Shown: positions 54,171 through 64,000 of the stretch, piece by piece
Layout of the letters: every line of letters starts with the position of its first letter
How positions within the stretch are numbered: position 1 is the stretch's first letter
From: Octopus vulgaris
Lineage: Eukaryota
DNA: 64,000 nucleotides
Assembly (NCBI GenBank): GCA_951406725.2
Contig: OX597823.1
Coordinates: 28,582,001-28,646,000 of the forward strand
Direction of reading: 5' to 3'
The notes under the pieces: model-generated
The model's database searches: none
Told to the model about the DNA's origin: nothing
What the model saw: only the letters and a program-made list of their open reading frames with translations
Translations under genes and position numbers: made by a program

Positions 54171-54522
54171 CTTAAAGGATTTTCAATTTAAAACTGTACT
54201 GAAGAAGCCTATGAAGCAGAAATACCTGTCCTTTTCTATACACGCAATCTTACTTTATAATCTCACTTTTTGATGTTTCTTCGTAGTATGTAAATTATTG
54301 AGGAATCGTAATTAGTGAGATTAGCTTTCTTAATCTGAGTTGCTCTCAATTTCCATGAAGCGGTTTTTCTACCGTTCCTAAGATTGGTGATAATTACCAT
54401 AAATCAAGAATTTATTTTGTATGGTATTCAATATAACCTTACTTGTTTTTCATGCTCAAATACTGAGCCACAATGTGAATTATTTCTTTTAGTTAGTTTT
54501 TGCTTCGTGCATCTATCTGTCT
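54171..54522 (+). repeat. Copy B of the unclassified ~350-nt repeat
   Basis: See copy A. Contains CTGAAGA..13 nt..GAAA, where copy A has CTGATGA..14 nt..GAAA. Confidence 0.85.
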
Positions 54523-54643
54523 GTTTGACTGCCTGCCTGCCTGTCAGTCTGCCTCTCTCTGCTGGTCTGTCTGTCTCTCTGTTTGTGCCTGTATGTATGT
54601 AGCTAGCTATTTGTCCCTGTCTGTCTGTCTTTCTCTCTCTGTG

Positions 54644-54691
<48 letters not shown>

Positions 54692-54814
54692 TGTATGTAT
54701 GTGTGTATGTATATATGTACATATATATACACAGAGTATATCAGATGTTACCGTTGAATTTAGAATCCCACGTAGATTATTAACTTCTCGTGTGTAATCA
54801 GTATAGTGGTTTGT

Positions 54815-54856
<42 letters not shown>

Positions 54857-55097
54857 ATGATATAAAGAACAGATGTAGAAATTATAAAAAATTTCATCTT
54901 TGTAGCATAATGGTATAGCATGTTCTCGTCATGATCCGATGAGATTAAGCAAACAATTCCACTTGGAACATTCAGTGCAGAGGTTGCAAACGACGACAGC
55001 AGTGAAATATACGGGTGGAACAAACGTTATGAAATTGCTTTTATTATAATTATTCCTGTCAAGCGAGGAAGGGGGGGGCAAACACAGACACAATTTA

Positions 55098-55132
<35 letters not shown>

Positions 55133-55221
55133 TGTTTATATATACGATGGCATCTTTCGGTTTCCGTCAACCAAATCCACTCTCGAGGCTTTGGTCGGCC
55201 CGAGGCTATAGCAGAAGACAC

Positions 55222-55599
<378 letters not shown>

Positions 55600-55764
55600 C
55601 GGGAGAAATCACAAGGCCTTCCCGGATTCCGAATGATGAGCAAATCGGCTGCAAATGATCCGTGTACTATCCGTTCTTCCGTATGTTATGTTCTTTCTGT
55701 GCTACCATAGTTTCATTTATTACATGTGTATGTACGTGTATGCGTGTATGCATTTGTATGTGTG

Positions 55765-55819
<55 letters not shown>

Positions 55820-56259
55820 GTGTATGTGAGTATGCATATATATAAACACGTGTGTATGTGTGTACGTGCATGTATGCAAATATACATGTGTACGTATGTA
55901 GCGTTTATGAACGAAGATTTCTATCTTTAATTGGTTGTATTTCTATATCTTATATTTGTGTTTTAAGAACTGATGAGACATCTGAAACTTTAAATATTAT
56001 TATGACGACTAACCGATTGTCCTATATTATATATTCGTTGATAAATTCCTCCATTTAAATAATATCGCGGGCTCATTCATTCTTTTGTTGTCATATCATC
56101 AATATATATATATATATATATATATGTAGACCTTATTAAGCGTATGAGATGGAAAAACCTTCTTTTACAACATGGAAGAGTACACTACAGAGAACATATT
56201 CTGTGGAATTAATTCAAATAAATTCCCTCCAAAAATTAAAGGAGCATATTTATTTGTCT

Positions 56260-56322
56260 TAATAATTGACGAGATGCCGGAGCAGATTTCCGTCCCGACA
56301 TCCGAAACTCGGAGTTTTATTA
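56260..56322 (+). ncRNA. Type I hammerhead ribozyme motif (U3 variant) in a tandemly repeated unit
   Basis: TAATAA-TTGACGA-GATGCCGG..CCGACATCC-GAAA-CTCGGAG-TT-TTATTA: perfect 6-bp stem I, near-palindromic stem III, GUU site. A decayed second motif (CTGATGA gacatct GAAA) lies at 55970 with a homologous downstream flank. Confidence 0.7.
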
Positions 56323-57799
56323 GGGCAACCGAATAATTGTCATATAATATATTACAGATAAATTCCTCTATTTACACAATGCCGAGGTCTCATTCATTCT
56401 TTTGCTGTCATACAATTACTATTAATATATATAGAGAGATATATATATAAATCAATACAATAAATCAATCATTCATATCATACATGTATCAATTAATACA
56501 ATAAATTAATCATGCATATATATATGTGTATGTCTGTATATATATATACATATATATATATACATATGTGTGTGTGTGTGTACGTATGCATGTATGTATG
56601 CATGTATGTATGTATATGTGTGTGTATGTGTGTATATATAGTTACTAATATGTATAAATCCATACTTCAAAATTATTTTCTGTGTGACTAGATTTTACGA
56701 ATCCTTTGTTTTTTTCTTTCTTTTGAAATCATTTTTTCGTCACAGTAAATTATGACCTAGAACCCCACTTGGTTAAAATGTGTGTTTAATGTTTTCACTT
56801 AGGAAAACTATTTAAGAATTAACATTTTAATTTTAATAGTAGATCAAGAAGGCATTTTGGTTTGCTGAGCTCGGCGAATATGAGGTGACTAGGTGTTACA
56901 GTGAAATATCAGAGAACTGCTAAATATCTGAGTACACTGGAGATAAGTTACAAGATTTGGTGGTAAGTTACAAGATTAACCAACCCCGAATTTCACTCTC
57001 ATTATGTGCTTAAATGCAGTCGAAGTTTAATACCATAAGGTGTTCTGTAAGTAGTTTTTTGCTTTTTTTTTGTTTTTAATGTTACCACTGCTACCAGGAT
57101 GTAAATAAATACAGTGATGCCTCGCAAAATATATGTGTAAAAAGCATATTACAAAATCTCAGACACACTTCAAAGACTCATGTCACTCAAATCATTGTTG
57201 ATGTTACTGACCAAAAAGGAAAAAAAAAACAATCAAAATATTTCGAGTTTTTTCTTGCAAGTATTTTCGTTGTTGACGAATCGAAAAACACGAAAGACAA
57301 TCCTCAACAGACAATATTTGTCGCTTAAAGTTTTCTTTGGTTACAGTAAAAGAACAGATGTTGACATTAGAGGCATTAGAAAAAAACTAATCGTTAGGTT
57401 GAAATTTAATTCGTTCTATAACAGAGCTCTTCTTATGATTTAATCGTTTTACAAATCAATTTTCCCCATTGACATTAACTTACTCCAGCCTCCACCCCAA
57501 ACCACTCCAAAATAATTTTTATGGGTTCTGAAACAGAAAAAGGTGTAGTTACAAGTAAAATGACAATTATAAAAAACGAGAAAGCAGAAGAAATATGTAA
57601 ACTGGTTTTATTAACTGCATTACCTTAAAGATGCGGCGAATTGTGTGCTCGTACTACGGATTTCCGCTCGTACTCCAAGACAAAAGATTGCACGAATCCC
57701 GGCTCGTACAGCAAATTACTCATACGATGGGGCACTCGTACAACAAAGTTCTACTGTATAAGTATTTGGACGTCTTTTTTTTAATTAACCGGTCTTTGT

Positions 57800-60700
57800 T
57801 GTGTTAAATAGGCAGATGCGTTTTAACTGTAAATGTATCCTTCACATTAATTATTATGTGTCATTTTTAATAGTGTAGCTTTAAACCGTAGCACTTCAGC
57901 TTTCTCAGCTTGCTCTGTGCTTTCGGTTGGGCGTTATTTCTTCACATCTGTTCGATCAGGGTTTTCCTTGAGCTCAACGACAGTTGTAGTAACAATAACT
58001 GGGACCTTGTATATATTGCCTTATAGCAGCTAAATCACTCTCTACATAGGCGCAGGGGTGGCTATGTGGTAAGAAGCTTGCTTCCCAACCACATGGTTCC
58101 AGGTTCGGTTTCACTGCGAGTCTCCACTGGATAAGTCTCTTTTACTCTAGCCTTGGGCCAACCAAAGCATTGAAAGTGGATTTGGTAGACGGAAACTGAA
58201 AGAAGCCCGTCGTATTTATATATATATATATGTGTGTGTATATGTTTGTGTGTCCGTGTTTATTCTCCCCCCCGCCATCGCTTGACAACCGATGTCGGTG
58301 TGTTTACGTCCCCGGAACTTAGCAGTTTGGCAAAAGAGACCGGTAGAATAAGTACTAGGCTTATAAATAAGTCTATGGCTTGACTGGTTCGACTAAAGGC
58401 GGTGCTCCAGCATGGCCGCAGTCAAATGACTGAAACAAATAAAAGAACAAAACAATAAAAACGTGACATAAATGAAATCAGTAACCGTTACTGCATTTTG
58501 GTTAAGCACGTAAAAAAATGTTTAAATAACTCTTTTAAACATTTATAGGAATGGTTAGATGACATAAGTCGTAAAATAACAAGAACTCATAAAATGGCAA
58601 GTTTTAAAATATGTGAAAGTATGAAGGTTTAACTTGAACAGTATTGTAGGACATAAGAAAAAATAGTTTCGGCTATTTCTCTGCTCGTTACTGTGAAAAT
58701 ATTTTGGTTTGCTACATAATACATCTACGTATCTGGTGCTGGAGGACCTGGCAGAGTCGCATCAGATACACGTTTTGCATATATTATTCTCTGAAAATGC
58801 TTTAAACAATGGCTTTTTTAGATTGTAAGAAACGAAAATATGGAGATATAAATATATGATTTATCCGAAAGAGAGTTTAAGACGTTTGCCGTTTGTGTTG
58901 AAAGAGGTAAATGTTTGCCATTTAGCCACTTAGTCACTGATCGTTAATAACTTGAAAGTGACTGTGAGGCTGGTCACAAGAGTGTTCGCATGATTATCCA
59001 CTTAAATATAACCTGAAGAAAATCAATTTAAATCCGATGAGAAGACTATTGAGTAACGAGCAGAACATTAGCTGAAACTATTTCATTTATGTCATACAAT
59101 ATTGCTCAAGCTAAAAGTTCATATTTTAATGCTGAAATATTAAGTATGTATAATTTAGTATCAAATGAAAATGTGTAAAAGAAAAGCATTACAAAATTTC
59201 AGACACACTTCAAAGAGTCATGTAGCTCAAACCAGTGTCGATGTTACTGACCAAAAAGGAAGAAATAGATATATTTCTAGTTTTTTCTTGAAAGTTGTTT
59301 CGCTGTAGACGAATTGAAAAACAAGAAAGACTCTCCTCAACAGGCAATATTTGTTCCTTAATGAGTTCAAATTCCGCCGAGGTCGACTTTGCCTTTCATC
59401 CTTTTCGGAGTCGATAAATTAAGTACCAGTTGCGAAATTGAGTCGATCTAATCTGCTGGCCCCCTTCCCAAAACTTTCGGGCCTTGTGCCTAGAGTAGAA
59501 AAGAATATTAGTTCTTTAAGGTTTTCTTAGGTTACAGTAAAATAACAGATGTCGAAATTGGAGGCATTAGAAAGAAGCAAATCGTGAGGTTAAAATTTAT
59601 TAAGACTCTGTCAAGAGGTTTAATAAATGATAAAGTTCTTCTCAATAAGCTCGCCAGTGTTACAACAGATGGAAAGCATGCAATTTGTGGAGGAAACTCT
59701 GGATTAATTTATGCACCATAATCTCAGCCTATCAGGTATAAACCTGGCAGCTACCTACTTCAGGTATGAAGGCCTATTATAATTTCTGAACTTGAAATTA
59801 TCAATTTTATATGCTTATTTGTGAGGAGCCATCGACATTTCGGAAAAGTTATTGAAAATCATGAAAATGACGATACATTTCCAGAACTCCCTTTCTACTG
59901 CATTCAGAGTTGGATGTCGACCAGTAATGAATGTATTGAGTAAGTTTATAGGTTTGTTAAATCTAGTATTAAGTATCCTATCCTCAAGTAGAAAATGAAC
60001 GCATGCAAGATTCGTTCTTTCTCACTGATATAGTGAATCGTCAATGAACCCTCGACTTGGCACGATAATACGATTTCTAAGTTTAAACTTACATATTTCA
60101 GAATAAAATAAGGACCCTTCAAAAAACTTACGTCCAAGAATCTTCGGTTGCATTCTTATCTTAGTAAGAAATTAAATATAGTCCATTATATTAAAATAAT
60201 AGACAAAACACTAGGAAATTACAAGATTGATTGGGAATTTTTTGCCAGGCGTTTGTTGCCATGTAGAAGTTAAATCTCTACTTTTTCTTTCGGTTTTTGT
60301 GACCAAAGAAAGTTGTTCAGTTCACAAAACGTGAACTGCAGATTTGTCTACGAAGGGAATGAAATTTTAGGAAGACCCCAGTTTAAAGGATATCCTTCTA
60401 GACAACGCCTGGGATTTTGAAATAAATTCCAAAAATCTAACATCGAAATCTTACATAGAAAACTGGTGTATTATTATTTTCAATTCCCACGCTCTGATGT
60501 TGTATATCAACAAAGTACAAACTTAAAAATAAATATCTGAGGTCGCTAATTTGCACAAGTTTGAAAAAATTACACGGATAGATTTTCAACAACCGTCTGC
60601 CAAAAAGTAAATAGCGTCTTTAATAGCTCAATAATTGTAGAATTGCCTCTTTATCATGAAAATATCTTGAAAAGACTAATTTTGTAAGGTAGTAACGGTT

Positions 60701-60880
60701 TAAAATGTTTAATTCTACACATTTGCTTTTTATATTTTACATATTTTCACCAATGCTTTAACCATATATTTACAAATATTAATAAATATCATCAAAAATG
60801 TCATTTTGAATTTTACTTTTATTTTTGGCTGTCTAATTTTATTCTTCTCAAACGCAAATTCGTCTATTTGGCTGCAATGT
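57800..60880 (+). mobile_element. Decayed hAT (Buster/SPIN/GTF2IRD2-like) transposon with nested SINEs
   Basis: KLASVTTDGKHAICGGNSGL (~59650-59705) and FVRSHRHFGKVIE..ELPFYC..SWMS (~59820-59920) follow the SVTTDGAP.M.G and HRQF..L.Y...RWLS motifs. Boundaries are approximate. Confidence 0.6.
58049..58445 (+). mobile_element. Full-length SINE family 1
   Basis: Both modules plus a short internal (TA)/(TG) tract and an A-rich tail. Confidence 0.9.
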
Positions 60881-61169
60881 TCTCGCAGTTCATTACTGAA
60901 TCAAAGACATTCAATATCATTAAATCAAACTTCAATGAAGATTTGAAAAACATTTTGAGTAATGATTACAGAAAGTAATACAAATTAGCAGTTTCAAAAA
61001 ATAAGACTGCTAAATATTATTGCATTCCTTCATAATTGTCTGTAACAAAATGTCTAAATAACAACGAAAACATGTTTTAATCTTCTAAAACATTCCAGCT
61101 ATTAATCACCTAAACATTTTTGTAAGATTATCTTACATTAATCAAGTTTGACGGCTATATATATTTTGT

Positions 61170-61472
61170 TTTTTCTTCCTTCTCAAGCCAAGCCTGGCTC
61201 ATAAGGGCCGGTTTCCCAGTTACCTTGGCGTATAACTTCCCTACCTGGACGGGACGCCGGTTCGTCGCAGGTGAGCTGCAAGATGCAGGAGGAAAGAGCG
61301 AAAAAAAATTGTGGCGAAAGAGTCAGCAGAAGTTAGCCATTACCTTCCGCCGGAGCCGCGTCGAGTTTAGATGTTTCGCTCATAAACACACACATCGCCC
61401 GTTCTGAGATTCGAACCCGCGATCCCTCGACCGCGAGTCCACTACTGTAACCACTAAGCCATGTGCCCCCAC
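61170..61472 (-). mobile_element. tRNA-derived SINE sharing the family-2 head but with a different 3' half
   Basis: The head TGGCTTAGTGGTTAC...GGACTCGCGGTC..GGTTCGAATC..GTTTATGAGCGAAACA parallels family 2. The tail CCCGTCCAGGTAGGG...GGAAACCGGCCCTTATGAGCC is unrelated. Confidence 0.75.
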
Positions 61473-61480
61473 GCACACAT

Positions 61481-61531
<51 letters not shown>

Positions 61532-62554
61532 CACATATATATATATACACACATATATATGCATGTATATATGCATTCATATGTGTGTGTAGGTAAATAC
61601 ACATACAGTCTCGTACTACGCGTATAAATCTACATCCCTAGTAATATAATCTGGGTTACCGTGACGCATTAGTTGAAATAAACTAACATGTTATTTTATT
61701 CGTACATACATAATACATACATACCTACATACATACATACATATATACATACATATATACATACATAGACGGTGGCCATATTCTCGAGGCATACGTAGCG
61801 TGTATTGTGACACTGAAACAACATCTGCCACAGAGGAAAGCGACCAGTAACTATCTTATTCAAGTTAGTGACCGTGAAAGCAGCAACATAATTAAGACAG
61901 CAAATGAACTCGAGGAACGGTATGAAACAAGAGTTGATATAAACTTGGCTCCAATGGCCAGTGGTAACATCTATTTATCAGAAGACCAATATAAACAAAC
62001 TGGAGCAATCCATTGTGAGTACAGTACTTGGCACATGAAACACAAACCACTCAAGGGGGTTGATCATGTCCAGTTAGCAGTGTGTAGATCGATAAGGTCA
62101 AAAGCTTGTGTGGGCGCGAGGTCGTGGTGCATCGCGTTTCGTTGCCAGAATCTGAAACTACAGCGAATCGTAACGTGGTCGGAAAGGAGGGTTTTATTCA
62201 CATAGTACAATGGATACCGGTGGTATAGTTACTATACACTAAGTGCAATGTGATTCTATTGAATATCGTTGATATGGGTACAAGTTGAGACGGGACAAAT
62301 TTGTTCATGAATTCAAGAAGTGATTTTATTTCTGCTCTTTCTAGCGTACAAAAACATCCATCATCTTCAATGTATGTGTCTTCGACCACTTTAAGCTATT
62401 GTAAATTTCTACTAATTACCAACTTATAAGTGGATGTTTCGCATTGCGTATTTTACAGATGAAGCATTGACCTTGTTGGTGTCATTTCCTTACCTAAAAT
62501 TTATATTTTTTGTAGGGGTTCTGAATAAGAGGAGAAGATGCGAGACGACCACCA

Positions 62555-62925
62555 AAAGTGGCCGTGCAAAAGTTTTCGGCCACTTCACATAAACCACTCA
62601 AGATACAGTGTTTTAAAACAGAAAAATGTCTAAAAAGAAACCTTATTACATAACGTTCATTTCAAGAAGTTACTGTACATTGTTAATATTTCGTGTGGTT
62701 TCCCTTGACTTGAATAATTGTGTCAGTGCATCTGGGAAGACATGCGTGCAAATCTTTCACCATCTTCACAGGCATGAAATGCCATTCTCTGTGGTTGAGC
62801 CCCTGGATTCTTCTGATGAACTTTTCTCTTTAGTTCTGTCCATATTTGCTCGATGATATTTAAGTAAGGGCTCTGAGATGGCCAATGTTTCAATACGGCA
62901 ACACCTTCATTAGCCAGAGTCTGCT
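62555..62925 (-). mobile_element. Tc1-like (DD34E) transposon 3' fragment
   Basis: LKHWPSQSPYLNIIEQIWTELKRKV (WP.QSPDLNPIE.LW motif). TIR-like GTGGCCGTGCAAAAGTTTTCGGCCAC at the left end. Confidence 0.75.
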
Positions 62926-63693
62926 GTGTATGTATGTATACATACACACACACACACACGCACATACGCACGCACACACATGTGTATAAACGTAAATGAA
63001 TATAGATATATATTGATATATTTCTGTGTATGTATGTATGTATGTATGTATGTATGTATGTATGTATGTATGTATGTATGTATGTGTGTATAGAGGTGTG
63101 TGTGTTGCTGGGGGTGTGGATATTCTAGACAATATGGTGCAATCACTTTTCGGGACACACTTCAAAATATTTTATCGCGTAATCGATTTGCTGTTTTTGT
63201 TCAGTTTCGAAGGCTGCAAGATATTATTTCGTAACGAGCTACATCTTCATCTGCTGTTCTTCACTGCTGCTTAGGTTTATTTCTCCTAAACTACAAGACC
63301 CTTTTCTCTATCGACGTAAGAAGCTGCACAACGTGTTTTACAACGCGCTTCCAATTCACTTATTATCTTAGTTTTTTTTTTTCTCCCCACGAACATGCCT
63401 CTGCTGCTCACCCAAAACTCGGCCCTTATTTAGCAAATTACTCGTTCATTACTTCCCTGAATATATAACTTTGATGCACCTTCCACTGTATAATTTTCGT
63501 ACACACGTCAATTTGAACTTACTTCGACAACAACAAAACAACAAGTAAATCAAACTGGACTGTGGTCATTGTCGTTGCCGTTGTTTAGTCTCAGATTATC
63601 TCTAAAACATTGTACTTACCATCAAAAGTGTTTCCACCACTTTCAGGTTTTCTTGTTTTTAGTTTCAGAAAATATTAGACAGAAAATATGCAA

Positions 63694-63796
<103 letters not shown>

Positions 63797-64000
63797 CACA
63801 CACACATACATACACTCACACACACACATACACTCACATACACACACAACATGCACACAATCACACTCGAACACACACACGTATATACATGTAGATACAC
63901 TCACAAAAACACACATATGCATATTTGTTTAATATTTGTTTTAATATTGACGAAAATTATTTGATATTTACCTCAAAGATCACGCAATTCGTTTTAATTG

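Overview
AT-rich, microsatellite-saturated animal genomic DNA. The SINE families and repeat landscape suggest a coleoid cephalopod such as Octopus (inferred, not verified). No intact host gene is recognisable, and nearly all ORF-track entries are translations of simple repeats. The window is mostly transposon remains: (i) several subfamilies of R4/Dong-like restriction-like-endonuclease (REL) LINEs chained head-to-tail through (TAA)n tracts, one with a single nonsense codon; (ii) two CR1/L2-group LINE copies forming a large inverted repeat; (iii) a full-length frameshifted mariner, a Chapaev3-like element with a TAA target-site duplication (TSD), and Tc1, hAT and pogo relics; (iv) at least four tRNA-derived SINE families; (v) several unrelated short elements carrying type I hammerhead ribozyme motifs of the Penelope pseudo-LTR/retrozyme kind. 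Other notable structures are a circularly permuted ~350-nt repeat pair, a ~220-nt hairpin whose arm differences favour G-U pairs on one strand, a phased A4T4 satellite at duplication breakpoints, and local duplications whose breakpoints lie at (TA)n tracts. All calls come from reading the sequence by eye; boundaries of decayed elements are approximate.
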